64,000 nucleotides of DNA, taken from positions 39,370,001 to 39,434,000 of the forward strand of contig NC_042999.1 in NCBI RefSeq assembly GCF_006345805.1. The letters run 5' to 3'. The notes below the pieces were generated by a model. The model did not search any database. It had not been told where the DNA came from and saw nothing but the letters and a program-made list of their open reading frames with translations. The stretch comes from Octopus sinensis (taxonomy: Eukaryota). How positions within the stretch are numbered: the first letter of the stretch is position 1; each line of letters starts with the position of its first letter. Made by a program: the position numbers and the translations under genes. This document shows, one piece after another, positions 23,250 to 36,559 of this stretch.

Positions 23250-24010
23250 CTTGTTAAACCTCACCTCAAATAGTTGCCGGTAGGCTCAAGCAGCCATCAC
23301 CTGTCACGTAACACTGTCTAAGCTTCCACTGACCAATGGAGGTGGAGGGCGCGCAGTATTGGCCGGGGCCCTCTCTAAATCTGCCTTCCAGCAGTGTCGT
23401 GTTCGTTTCAGTTCCAGCAGCCAGAGCCGACAGGTTTTTTGATGGTACAACCCTTCGTACCAAGACGAGGGCGCGCTATGATGGAGATCGCTACCTTGGC
23501 CTACCTGTCAATCAGCAATGTTGCTCAAGCGATGCTATTTCCCAGTCGGCCTCTTATGGCTTTCAAGCCATTTTGGGTCTTCTCGATTCATTCATATATT
23601 GAAGCTAGCTTTGTCGACTGCCTCCTTTTTCCTCCTTACTATTTTTCGCAGTTCAGAGGTCTAAAATGGAAACCTTCTTTTAAATAACGTCACCATTTTC
23701 ATTTCAATGAAGCTTCTAGCTCCCACTGCCAGGTGTTAATATTCGATATTCCATCCCTGTTCTCCGCACACTTTGATTAATCTCTCATATCTCTTCTCCT
23801 TCCGTTGCTCTGCATTAGTGATGTTCTCTTCATATGGCACTGTCAGCTGTAACAAGACTCCAATTTTTCGTGTGTTCTATAGGATTAAGTCCGTTCTTTT
23901 TGTTTTTTTTTTATGAGTGGAAATATTAACGTTCTTTCCAAATCCGTGGCTAGCTCCCAATATCCCTTCCATTTTTCGTCTGTCTCGTATACTTTATTTG
24001 AAAGCCTAGC
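23250..24010 (-). mobile_element. Decayed 3' portion of a Hero-like RLE LINE
   Basis: Minus strand gives KRTDLIL*NTRKIGVLLQLTVPYEENITNAEQRKEKRYERLIKVCGEQGWNIEY*HLAVGARSF, matching the RPD...IELTVPWEE...RK..KY...GW....EVG.RGF pattern. Boundaries approximate. Confidence 0.65.
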
Positions 24011-24159
24011 CTTATGTGCTTTTCCCTTTTTCTGGAAGTATATCCGTCCACGATTTTCACTTTTGGGTATTCTCCCCTATTAGAACATGCGTCATCGTCG
24101 CTTTCTCTCCGCATCTATATTCATCAGTTGTTTGTATGTTACGCCGGACTAAATTGGCC

Positions 24160-24270
24160 GGTGAAGGTCTGTGTGGTACTCAGCCACTTGCAACTTAATT
24201 TCACAAGCAGGCTGTTACGTTGATCGGATCAACTAGAACCCTCGTCGTCGTAACCGAGAGAATGCCACGC
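24160..24270 (+). mobile_element. Probable 3' fragment of a SINE
   Basis: GTACTCAGCCACTTGCAACTTAATTTCACAAGCAGGCTGTTACGTTGATCGGATCAACTAGAACCCTCGTCGTCGTAACCG followed by (TA)n; recognised from memory as a cephalopod SINE tail, unverified. Confidence 0.4.
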
Positions 24271-24326
<56 letters not shown>

Positions 24327-25168
24327 ATGTATGTTTCAATATTTCACTTTTGTCGTGATTGGCACATCAAATGTGTAAGCTTGTATTTCAAATAAATTTG
24401 GATATGTACCTAGAATATTATATAAAAATTTGTGGGGCATGGAAACACTTGTAAAAGTGTGTATTCGGCTTAATCTCATATGACACATACGTACAGATAA
24501 AGAAGGAAATAAATGCATTCAAGTTCAATCATACCCGGCGTCTTATATGTAAAAAATATACTGTGATAGGGCAGAAAACTGGTTAGATTTACACCTATAT
24601 AAAAGCATTGATAAAGATATATTTTGTAATATGTACGATATGAAACTTATGAACAACCATATAATTAGGAGTGCGTGCATTCTTGTTGTATGTCAACCCC
24701 ATATACAAGTAAAAAGATATACTTTGCAACTGATAGAACATCATATATATTGGATAAAATCCTTTTAGAGCAGAAAAGTCTATCGACAACCATCCACACC
24801 CCTCTAAGTGCTCTACCTTGTTATACTTGTTTCAAAAACAAACTTATGTTTGTTTAAACATGGCGCAATCTCTATATATCTAGCATTTCTGGATGACATT
24901 CTACGTTCTAAAATTGCAGAAGAATTTGTCGGTCGACAGTTTAGCTTAAAGGTAGAACCCTCTGACCAGATATTAGAGTGGTTTGAGTTTGATCCTCATG
25001 GCTGGTTGCTGACAAACATTTCTGCTCAAAAGGATCTTATCCTATATATGCGGTTTTATCAGTTTTTACGCTTTTGAAAATATATATTTCTACTTCATCT
25101 ACAATACATTTCAACGCTTCAAAAAAAAACACTTCTGTTTGTTTACATATGATGTAATATATATGTGA

Positions 25169-25248
<80 letters not shown>

Positions 25249-25705
25249 GGTATGTATGCATGTATTTATATATATATTGTAGACTATTGGGTATATGTCA
25301 ATGAGTGTATTGAAGTGTGAAGTAGAGTACTGGTATACTTTGTGTTACCTGTTGTCTCCCGCAGTCGGGGTATATTTTCGTTGGAACTACTACAGAAACT
25401 CTGCAGTGTTGGTTGACATAATCATTTCTTAAATAAACAAAAGATGGATTTAGTATCAATCTTTATAATTTGTACAGCGGTCACTTCGACCCATCCTGCT
25501 ACTTATGGGTCGGACTTCGTTCAAAATGTTTTGAATCCATTTTGTAGTCTAGGTCACATCATGTTAATCTATACATAAAGTTGTGTCTTGCTAAAGATCC
25601 TGACCTAAACCCATTATTAGAAAATATTAAATATTAAATATTTAGCACATCATCCTTGTTACAGAGGAATGCACTATGATTTAGAGCGCTTGAAAGCTGG
25701 AAAAT

Positions 25706-25930
25706 ATGGTATTTGATGTCTCACTCAAAGATACGATTATGCCCAGCACAAAAGAATACGTGAGATCATTCCTCGAGAAGACCAGCCAATTCATTCGCAG
25801 AATGCGTTGGAAAGCCTTCTATTTAGAGAAAAATGTTAAGCAAACAAACGATTCAGAACCACACAACACATTTAGACTGGAATTTAAATCACGGAATAAC
25901 GTACCAACTTTCATCAGTAAGTTTTGCCAA
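25706..25930 (+). pseudogene. Penelope-like element ORF N-terminal fragment
   Basis: SLKDTIMPSTKEYVRSFLEKTSQFIRRMRWKAFY...FKSRN matches the SLKNIPIP...Y...EK.E.FI.RMRWKA.F...FKS motif of PLE ORFs. Confidence 0.6.
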
Positions 25931-26829
25931 AAGAAAAACATTCTTTAACTCATCACGTTGAGGTTTGCTGGTTATCTGAATTGTTTTGCGCCAAAATCGG
26001 AAGAGCTTCAGTGTAAATATACAAATAAGGAGTAAATATTCAGATGTGAATATTTATATAGATAATATTATTGTTATTATTACCTGAGGTAAAAATAAAT
26101 ATTTGATAATAACAACAACAATGATATTGGAGGTTGCAAGCCTTAAATCGCATTAGATAAAATAGTTATATAACTGAAATGTAAATTTATATTTATCTTA
26201 AGGCCACACAAGGTGCCTACTTGCGAGAAACACGGACTAAAACGCCCAGTTAAACCACCAATAACACTGAAAAATTCAAGAGAAAGACAACCGTAGGCGG
26301 GCGAGCGGATTAAATAATTTTAACATACCAAATACAGCTTAATGCTAAATATTTTGCTCTTTGGATACTCTTACATCAGGAATTCTTGTTCTGGCGAATA
26401 TAGTAAGAAAAGTGAGGACGAGAAATAATTTCAATTTTTCCCACGTGGTAATGCAAAAATATATGGATAAAATAAATGAAGGTAAATACGCACTGTTTAC
26501 ATAGTTTAATGTATTTTTTTGATATGTTCAATAAGTAAAATATTGTTTGTCCACCGGTTTCTATTTCGCTAATCATGACATTGAAATTGTTGTAATTTCG
26601 TATTTTCGTAAGAATATACTCCATGTTCTCGGAGAGCAGTGTGAAAGAATCAATAAGGGAGGGGAAAATCTAAAGGGAGGTAACTGGTGTTCTATATTTG
26701 GGACGATGGAAGCAATTGCTTGTTTTTTTGTGGTGAGTGATAAATTAATATACAAAATCTCAAAAGATAAAGTACTGAGATGAAATGTGTACATGATTGA
26801 AAATATATACTGAGACCAAAGTTGGATAT

Positions 26830-27110
26830 GTCTCTGAAAGAGGACTATGAAGTTGCATGATGTGGTCGTCCTGGGATGGGAAGAGGTTGCAAATGATTGC
26901 TCACACTAGAAACAATTACTGTGAAAAAGAATGACGAGAGCGGAAAAAATCAGGAACTCGTCACCAAAGAAAAGCTCACTCGACAGAAGGAAAACTCAGT
27001 AGGATTGGCAGAGAGCTCCTTCAAATGGTGTTGCTGTGTGCGTGACTGCCACTCCCGTGTGGACCTATACAGCCATAGTAGTCGCTACACTACCTTCAGC
27101 AGTTGGCAGT
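26830..27110 (+). mobile_element. 3' fragment of an RTE-clade LINE
   Basis: WEEVAND and C-terminal CCCVRDCHSRVDLYSHSSR resemble the RTE C..C.R.C.SRIGLYSH.R terminus. Confidence 0.6.
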
Positions 27111-28463
27111 TTTTTAGGCGCAAAACCAAGGCCCCTCGAGAACAACATATCCCTACTACTATGTAGGTAGATATAAAGATAGATAGATAATACATAGTTA
27201 GACGCTTGTATATCATCTATGCATAAATATATGTTTTTCATAAGCCTGTTAACGTGTTTCCTTACGAATATTGTTATACGGACATGGTTATTTGGTTGGT
27301 TCTACATTCGAAACTACAAACGTAAAGAGGAAATCGATTTGAATAAAACTAAATGTGTTTTTTTTTTCCTGATAATTATTAGTACAGTGTCAAACAGTTG
27401 AAAACTCCTGCATCTCAGTACAATGCACTTAGTTTAATAAAATATTGAATATGAAATTTAACAATACATCAGGAACGCAGTACAGTGACCGTACAAAATA
27501 ATGTTGTTGAGTGCAGCAAAGATATTGTATATAATACTAGCAATATCCTAAAAGACTTACATATAGAATATTTCAATATATTTCCATAGAGAACTATAAT
27601 CTTATGTATATGATGGAGACATACTGTATATTAATTGCTTCGTGTCTGGCATGTGTAAATTATTTAGCGTTGATGTCCGTTTTCTTTCTAACTCGTCGTT
27701 AGATATATAATGTTTTCATATTTACATGCGTAGAAACATCTGTTTCGTCATACTTTAAATTGATTTAATGCTAAATTAATCATTTAGTTTTGGTAATCTT
27801 AAATACAAATACGATGTCACAGATCAATACTGAACTCAGATATTTCAAATTATTGAAATAATTATTCATAGATATATCACGATTATATCAATTAACATCT
27901 GTGTATAATTGAGTATTTAATTAGGAAAATATATCGAAATATAATTTTGGACCTGTATCTTATTAATTTATGTATACATTCTCATAATTGCATCGATGAT
28001 TTTTATAATTATTTTGCGGTTCGGGCCTCGAAGTGTACGAAAATAAAGAAAAGATTTGACTGCAGATACATATCAAAACGTGATTCAAAGTTTTGCGGCG
28101 GTGGAAATGGTAATTATAAGGGAAATACACTTTTACTATGAAAAATCTTTTAAATATTTTAAACTGATATTATATTGTTATATTGCAATAAATGGTGTTT
28201 GTTTTCAGATTTTCGTGTTTCATTGTACTCTAGCTGGAAATATGCAAATACTGGGCCATAATATTCATAATTAACAGAACCTGGAAAATTAAAGAACAAG
28301 AATTGGAAAATTGAATCTATTGAATTAGAGGTTCAAATTTGAATTCGTTTAATATTCCGATCGTGTGGTTTCTAAAACATTGCTCAAAATGAATAATGGT
28401 CAAACTATGTGTAAATTCTGAAATATTGTTGCCATAAATACTCTGTAAGCTTTATTGATTCCG

Positions 28464-28529
<66 letters not shown>

Positions 28530-28839
28530 TTTTAAAGTCCGGTTTTGTGAGATAATAATCCATTCAAGTAGAGAGTTCATGTTGAGAAGGTTGTATCCAG
28601 TTATTTCGCTTATCTGCTATTGCTCGAAGAAATTTGTCCAGCTTCCGTGTAACGGAATAATTTTCCTCTTTGATTTGTTGAGGAAAAGAAATGTGGTTGC
28701 AATGTATTTATGTGTTGTTATTCTTTCATGTATTCTAAAACTAATGTTGAGGTCGTTTGGAGAATGTTGGTGGTAATTCTCCACATCGTATAAATGATGT
28801 ATCACTCACGGCGGCGCTGGAGAGATAGAGTTTCAAGGC

Positions 28840-30495
28840 TTTAAGATGGTCCCAATAATCGAGATCAGTCAAGACCATAATTATTTTAGTGAATGCACTC
28901 TGGGGTGATTCGATTTTCGAAATGCTTCGTTTTCTGTGGGGAGACCACAGTGGACAGCAGCATTCTTGGTGTGGCCGTAGAAAGGAGGAGAAAAAGGAAT
29001 AGTGACAACTTGTTCTCTGGACCGGAAGGTTCTCAGGATCCAGGAACTCATCCTACGATCTACATCAACCTTATTGTTGATATGGGTACTTGTGATTGTT
29101 TTCAAGAATAACTCCTTGGTCTCTGATATTATTAGACGTTGTGTAAAGTTACCCTTAAGGAAGAGTGTAAGTTTGTTTTAGCATCTTCTTTCAAGAATGT
29201 ATCAGTTCAAATTTTTCCTCGTGTTGTTTGTGTCTGCAAACTTACAGCATGTATATCAGACTGGAGTTCAGTTTGTTCTTTTTCTCTATTGATAATTCTC
29301 CAAGGCGTAGAGTAATCAGCGAATATTTCCCCTTTGCTGTGTTTTATGACACTGGAAACATCATTTATATAGACTATAAAAAGCGGGTCCATGATACCAC
29401 TGGTGGCATTTGCTAGGCGTGAGTGGATTTCACTAATCACAGCATGTTCTGTTCTGTTCTGTTCTCCAGGAAATATCCAAACTTGTATAGTAGGTTTCCA
29501 CAGATTCCAACATTTCATAATTTTTTGTCGAAAGCTTTATTGAAGTTAAGATATATGACATCAGAGTTGCTCCTGATCCCGAAGCTTTAAGAACATCATC
29601 GATGTGATGTAAGAGTTGTCTTAGAAAATCCTTGCCGCAGCGGAAGCCATGCTGTTTTGAATTTAGGAGGTTGCGGTTCTCCAGGAAGCCAGCTATCCTT
29701 GATCTCACCACTCTTTTTCAAAAACACCTCTCCAAACATTTTAGTGAAATTCGGCGATAGCTGACAGCGAGGGATTTGATTCCCTGTTTGAAAACCAGGA
29801 TGACAGACTAGGATAAATGTTGTCTCAGTATATAACCTAAGTCTAAATAATTTCTCCAGATGTTGGCTAGAGAGACTTTATGTTGGTGTCTACATTTTTT
29901 TCTGAAGACTAGCGGGAGATCTATTAGGGCCTAAGGGAACTCTATTAGGGCCTATTTCATCTCATTTATTCCTGCTGTGATATCTGAAGCAGTAAAGATT
30001 ATGTCTGAGATTATATGTTGAGGGTCGATTTCGTTCACATTCCTATATTTAGTAGTTCTTTGATTTTCAATGCAGGTTTCTTGTTGGTCTGCAGATAAAT
30101 TATTTTAACTCCAGGATTTTCATTATTGTTGGATATAGATGCTGTTCGTGGGGGGAGTATTTTAATTAGTTCATTTTCTAATTAAGTGTTTTGATGTTCC
30201 TCATGCGTGTTTTGTCTCTGTAGGGATTCTGTTTCTCTTTCTGTTAGTGAATTTCGTAGGAGCGTGATTTAAGCATGCATTGTTGACAAAATCTTCAAAG
30301 CCTATGGTTTCAATATCTGTGGATCAAAGAGAATGAAGGAGGAGTCGATAAAAGATAGATCCTTTCTAATCGCTCCGCAGTCCGCTCTGTAGAAGTTTAT
30401 CTTGTCGAATAAGTGCTGTGTAGTGGGATTGACTGGTTTTATTTTGATATGCCGGAAATTAAAGTTGCAGAGTATCACGCCGTGGTCCAAGTTGC
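28840..30495 (-). mobile_element. Decayed CR1-clade LINE ORF2 (end of AP endonuclease through RT)
   Basis: Minus-strand remnants VILCNFNF, INFYRADCGAIRKDLSFID, FLENRNLLNSKQHGFRCGKDFLRQLLHHIDDVL, IFADYS, WILRTFRSRE. Confidence 0.75.
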
Positions 30496-30499
30496 GAAT

Positions 30500-30530
<31 letters not shown>

Positions 30531-30537
30531 GATATTT

Positions 30538-30830
30538 GAGGTCACATTGCCTAGTGGTCAGGGCGTTGGTCTCACGATCGTGGTTTCAAATCTTAGACCG
30601 TATGGTGCGTTCTGTTCTCCAGCAAACCACTTTATATTACGTTGGTCTGTAATCATTTCCACTCCTGACGTAAGGTACACCGTGGACGCGTTCAGGCAAC
30701 GTCGATTTGATGGAGAGAGTGAGGTAATGTGTGTATGTGTGACGAACAATTAGTCACTATAAATTAGTCATTTGTACAGGTCGTTTGGCAAAAGCTGAAC
30801 ACTCGTACGTCACCTTCGATGGGAGAGGCC
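30538..30830 (+). mobile_element. Diverged tRNA-derived SINE (family D)
   Basis: Head GCCTAGTGGTCAGGGCGTTGGTCTCACGATCGTGGTTTCAAATC, then CCACTTTATATTACGTTG; inserted next to (TA)n. Confidence 0.5.
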
Positions 30831-31742
30831 ATCATTATATATATATATTGGTGCAGATGCAGGTACGGAGGATGTCAGATATGTACATAGAAATATTGAT
30901 TAATAGCAAACTAGGTTTTACCACACCTAAACCGCTATACGTACGTATCAATCTTACACAATAACAAATACATGTACATTTTTCAATGCGTATTCTTCTG
31001 TATATCCCCATAAATGTTACTAGTATGTTGTTGCATATATATTCTTTTTAGTGGAATAAGAGTTAAAGATCCTGAACAAGTGCATAACGTTTTGTTTTGT
31101 TTTCCTCTTTATTCTTTCACTGCGAATTTTTTGAATTAAAGTTATGTCCCCATGGGCTACTTGATACCAATTGAATATACTTCATACCAACTACTCAGAC
31201 AGAGATTAATATACAAAATAAATATCTCCACTTAAACGTCTTCGTTATGTTTCATTTGTCTTATCGATGGATGAAATCTCAATAACTGATTTAAAGAGAT
31301 TTAATCTTGCAGCAGTAAAATACAAAGAAACAAGCTGATGGTGGCGTCAATAGTATCATGATTCGTTTATAAATATCATTTTGACATTCAAGTGTGCATT
31401 CATTTACCTAAAATGTCTCCGATATCGGTATTAACAAAGCAAATTCAACGCATAATTATATATATGTAAAAAAAAAAAGGTAGAGGACAATGAACGCAGC
31501 GTATCGTCTCCAATTGTATATAGAAGATAAATATTTGCACATTAACGGATAGGATAGTAAATAATGGATACATTTTTGCGATACTTAGTAAAAGTAATAT
31601 GTCATGGCCTATGAATACATATGTATAAAAGCATATGTAGCTATCGGGCTACATATGTATATACACGTATACATATATATATACGTACTTAAATATATAT
31701 ATATACAGGTGAGAAAGTTGGTGTGTGAAAGCACGTGGTTAG

Positions 31743-32408
31743 ATATATAAAAAGTAGAACAGAGTGAAAAAATTACAGAAGGCGTGTTTTCTAAGGTTAA
31801 AGAATATATTTAAGTCGTTATGTTAGAAAAATGTTATAAAATTTTGTGTATTGTAACATAGTTTTTGGAGAAAAAGGTTTCGTGTAAACTTTTCAATTTC
31901 TCAAAGTTCTTTACCTACAGCGTGTCATGTCTTCGTTATGAAGTGCAAAGAAGAGTTCCAGGCATAGGGAGGTAATAAGGGATTTCTTCCGGTATAAGGG
32001 AGATAATCACTTTATTTATTTATTTATTTATTTATTTATTTTAATGGGATGAGTTTCTCTGTATAATAATGTTCGGATGGTTAAGTTCAGGCTTATATTT
32101 TTCAATGAAGAATGTTTCTTTGTTTAATCTAATTTGTGTTGGTGTTGAGAAATGCGCACAGCAACTACTGCCACAATTTTTAATCTTTCCATTCTATCAA
32201 TGTGCTATTGGAACACCAACACAAATTAGATTAAACAAAGAAACATTCTTCATTGAAAAATATAAGCCTGAACTTAACCGTCCGAACATTATGTTACTAT
32301 ACACAAAATTTCATAACATTTTTCTAACATAACGACTTAAATATATTCTTTAACCTTAGAAAAGAAGCCTTCTGTAGTTTTTTCACTCTTTCCTATTTTT
32401 TATATATA
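31743..32408. mobile_element. Penelope-like GIY-YIG 3' fragment in a nested inverted-repeat arrangement
   Basis: Plus frame ...FLIFPFYQC...RLNKETFFIEKYKPELN is a typical GIY-YIG C-terminus. 80-bp arms 32067-32146/32212-32291 (1 mismatch) and ~118-bp arms 31743-31860/32290-32408. Confidence 0.7.
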
Positions 32409-35359
32409 TGCATATATACATACATAGGCACAAACATACATATGCCTATATTTACATACATACACTCACACACACAAGCACACATCCATATGTACTTATG
32501 TAAATACAGATACATATGCATATATATACAGTATACACATATACATACATAGACACACAGACACACAAACACACACATTCACAAACGCATATACATTTAT
32601 ACGAATGCACAAATATACAAATATGCATACAGCAATACGCATGCATGCATATTCCTTCACTTATGTGCATCCCTCACACACACATACACACATATATGTA
32701 AGCATGTGTGTGTAGCATGCATCACTCTTGTTCGTCATAACTTTATACAATAACGCATGAAGGATACCACTGCATTTTCATTTCATTATATTTGTTTTTA
32801 ATTGCTGTTACCTTCCAAATCTATGATTATTTACTTACATGTCTTCAAAGGATTAAAGGATTGATTTCAAGAGTATTATGTAAAGATAAATTGAAATACA
32901 AATCTAATGCAATTCAGTTGTTGACATGACAGAGTGGTGATTTCGAAACGATGCAAGAACAGAAAAAATAATTTAAATGCTGGTCCTTTGACAACCACAG
33001 CGTGCTTGTATAGTGCTATTTCTTCCGGGCATGTCAATCTTAACTACAAATTTCATCATGGCGCTCCTGCGCGTGTGGCTTAATAATTCACCCTGTTGAA
33101 CAATATCACTTTAGTATTTCGGTGTCGTCAGTGGTGTTTCCCCTGTGCAAGCACGAATGCCAATTCTGTAGTTCCGTGATATTTTATCTTTGCTCCAATC
33201 TCACAGGCCATGGAATGGGCGATGGACATATTTCACCATTTAGGAGAAGGGAAAACATACGAATAAGGCATACTGTTTCATTTTTTTTATATCAGGAAGA
33301 AATCATACTCTCTTTTGGGATAGTACACAAGATCATACAAATTCAGGCATATGTTATGATTATGTATACAGGGAGCGAGATGCACGCTAGAGATGAAAAC
33401 GATTGCAAGGAAAACTTAGGTGCTTGCCACAGGGATCCAAATAAATATCATCATTTTCTCTTGATGTGAAAAGTTCAGCAATCTCATGTAAAGACGATAT
33501 GCGGGAAGAGAAATACAATGATAAATTTGAAATATCAGCTCACTGCATAACTTCTTTATAGCATTGTGTATGTATGAAATGTTGAAATTGCAGCAATACA
33601 TGTGAGAGAGAGAAAGAGCAAATCTAATTTTCAATGCTTAGTAAAAATTTGAACTGACTCAAATTGAGCTGAAGATGTGTGCCGTAGAATTTAAATGATT
33701 CGATAGCCATATATGTTTCCTTTTCAGAAAATTAATACATGTTTCTGTCGCTGCTGTGTATTTTATCGCATTAATTACATATTTTCACACTTCTACTTAA
33801 ATAGTTGAGATGATAAAAGAAGCCAACGCTAGGAGCCTCTCATTGCCATATCGGTTACGTTGTTCTTTATGATATATGTTTATGATATAATAGCTGTACA
33901 GTTTCCGAGGTCATACTAACTTTCATGATTATCTGTCTAGCCGTTTTTGAAATAAACTTTGGGCCTGAATACTCTAATTCTCCAATTTGTGAATATCTGG
34001 CATTGCTTTTAATTGAGATCTGCGCCCATACATATAAAATAGTTATTTAAGATAATCAAAATCAATGGAATTTAAATTGCAACAACAGTGGTAACTTTAA
34101 TTTTTACCTTCTCTTCGTTGCATGTGATGCAAAACAAACTTAAATGTAAAATGTAAAAGAAACGTAAGAGAAATTTGTATAATTCCAAAACTTAATATTA
34201 ATATCAAAGTAGAAGTGAGATATTGACATTTCTTCACAATAATGTAAAGTCCGTGGAAACCCTTTCCCATGTTATTTCTTAATATAGGTTTACATTGCCT
34301 CGGCAATATAAAGTCAAACATCAATTGCATAAGTTAAATTGTTAAATTGAAACGCTGAAGAAAATGAGTTTATTAATGCATTGGGCATCGTATTTATCTT
34401 TTAAAATAGAACACTAGATTGTATATTAATACTTAAGCAGAGGTACCTCACGTTAAAAAGGAGCAAAATCTCAAAGAAATTTGTTAAGTGCTATAAATAT
34501 GATCAGTTTAAACATATACGTTGGAACATAAATCACGACTGACATATTTTATGAAGTGATTTTATCAATCTATTGGGGAAGCAATCATTAGTTTAGTCTT
34601 TGATGTATCATAAGTGATATTGACTGCAAAATTGATATAATATACATGAAAGGAAACTAAAAATGTAAGATAAATGTTAGAAGTGGTTACCATTCTTTGA
34701 AATCCGTAGTTGTGTATTTTTTTTTAAATAAATGGAAAAATTCTCAATAAAAATATTTGGATCTTAATAGATAAACCTCTTTGATAATCGATTAGAATGC
34801 ATATTTTTGTTTGCAACACTTGATTTAAACACAGTTTAAAATTTATTTCATACTGACTTGTGCAAAGAGAAAACATTTTATTAGAAGGAACATATCGTAT
34901 ATTACATTATATGTGATGTAGGGAATATTACTGGGATAAATGTGAAGAAAATTCACCAATTTAAAATTTGAACCAGACATGTACTTTCTACCCAGGTAAA
35001 GCAACACCAGATTTTAACTTATTTCAATTCCCTTTTAAATTCATCAATAGAAAGAAAGCACTGCTCAATTGTAACTATTATTTTAGTGAAAAAGGTTCGG
35101 TTTATTTAGTAAATATTCATTATTATTGTAAACATATTGATTTACTGAGAATTCACATGCGGATATAAATACAGCGATGCATGTAAATTTATTTCGACAA
35201 ATCATATTTGATATCCGAACATTTAGTTCAACGAACTTCCAATGAGTCGCAGGAGCCATACACCGAGCAGCCGTTAACTTGTTATTTATGAAGAGACAAC
35301 AAACGAGGACAACATGCTAATACTATCATTTATTTTACTATGATGTCTAATTATTTGAA

Positions 35360-35735
35360 TGTATACGTTAGTTAGTTTGTTAGTTAATTTGGCTCAAATG
35401 CAAATAGCAAGGCCATGTAGGGGGACATGGAGTTAAGTACAGGGTGGTGTTCATGTAAAGAGTTCAGGCCACTTGAGGTCAAGGGAGGCTTTGAACAAAG
35501 CGGTCGTCGGCATCTTCACCATCTCGTCTGGCAGCTTGTTCCACGGATCCGCAACCCGGACGGAGAAAGCTCCTCTCCTTCAATTGAGATGAAATCGTCG
35601 CAGGTAGAGCTTTTCGGAATGACCCCGCAGCCGACGCTCTGGAGCAGGAGTGAAGAACAGCTCTTTCGAGAGGTTACACTTTCCGCTTATGATGTTGTGG
35701 GCGAGAATGAGATCACCACGGCGGCGGCGTTTTTC
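35360..35735 (-). mobile_element. CR1-clade LINE 3' end with (TAAC)n-like tail
   Basis: Minus: RRRRGDLILAHNIISGKCNLSKELFFTPAPERRLRGHSEKLYLRRFHLN*RRGAFSVRVADPWNKLPDEMVKMPTTALFKASLDLK, the typical CR1 ORF2 C-terminus; UTR ends in TAACTAACAAACTAACTAA. Confidence 0.85.
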
Positions 35736-36042
35736 AAGAGAATAAAGGTCGAATAAAGGTTAATTACATGACAGTAACGATCGTGTAAATATATAACTTA
35801 TTGTGTTATTTGACAGGTGTTTTAGATATGAAAACATAAATCAAGGTTCAGTGGTTGATTAATTGGTCACCATAAACATTCTATTTCAGAATCACTCCCA
35901 ACACGTAATAAGTTGGGTGAGTGTTTCTCTAGTATCCGCTCACTAGTTAAATAGCATTTCAGTCACAAGGATGTAAAATTTGCATATAAGTGTACACACA
36001 CACATATACAAATGAACACTATATTGTATTTGTTTCTTGTTA

Positions 36043-36086
36043 ACACAATGTTTCGGCTTATATACCCTCCAGCATTCATCAGGTGT
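36043..36086 (-). ncRNA. Minimal type-I hammerhead ribozyme motif, degenerate copy
   Basis: Minus RNA ACAC-CUGAUGA-AUGCUG GAGGGUAUAU AAGCC-GAA-ACAU-U-GUGU: intact core CUGAUGA/GAAA, stem I ACAC/GUGU. Stem II is two substitutions from GGCUG/CAGCC and ACAU one from the palindromic ACGU used by dimeric PLE hammerheads. Confidence 0.65.
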
Positions 36087-36141
36087 CTTGGGGGTCATTT
36101 CGAACCTGCGTTCTCATTCCTAAAGTATTTTTCCATGTTAC

Positions 36142-36185
<44 letters not shown>

Positions 36186-36186
<1 letters not shown>

Positions 36187-36245
36187 AGAATCGAACTCAG
36201 AATCTTGGGGTTAGTAGCCCGTGCTCTTAACCACTACGTCATATG
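36186..36245 (-). promoter_or_regulatory. tRNA-like RNA polymerase III internal promoter (A and B boxes)
   Basis: Minus: TAGTGGTTAAG (36226-36236), GGG-CTACTAA-CCC anticodon-like loop, GTTCGATTC (36188-36196); no complete acceptor stem. Confidence 0.65.
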
Positions 36246-36559
36246 TGCGTGGGCAATTACGGGGTGAAATTTTGGGTTTATAAATTTAATATCCTTCCTT
36301 AATACCGGTTCCCATATGCTGTTCATATCTGCACTCGGTCTGCTTATGAGGTCGGTGTATCCTAGTATATGTGCTACTTCGTTTAGTTTTCGTATATTCA
36401 AGTGGTGTTCTCTGTGTATTATTTGAATTTCATCCCACAGGAGGAGGTGGTCTCCATTTTTCCATACATGATCATGATTAATCAAAATCTCCCCTTGTCA
36501 CAGCTTTGCGATGTTTCTGTACCCTTATTTTGAGGGGCAGTATGTTGCGCCTTTGTCTC

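Noticed and set aside
36186-36245. Possible tRNA gene
   Set aside because: A/B boxes and an anticodon-like loop are present, but there is no acceptor stem or complete T arm, and (TAA)n follows directly; treated as tRNA-derived.
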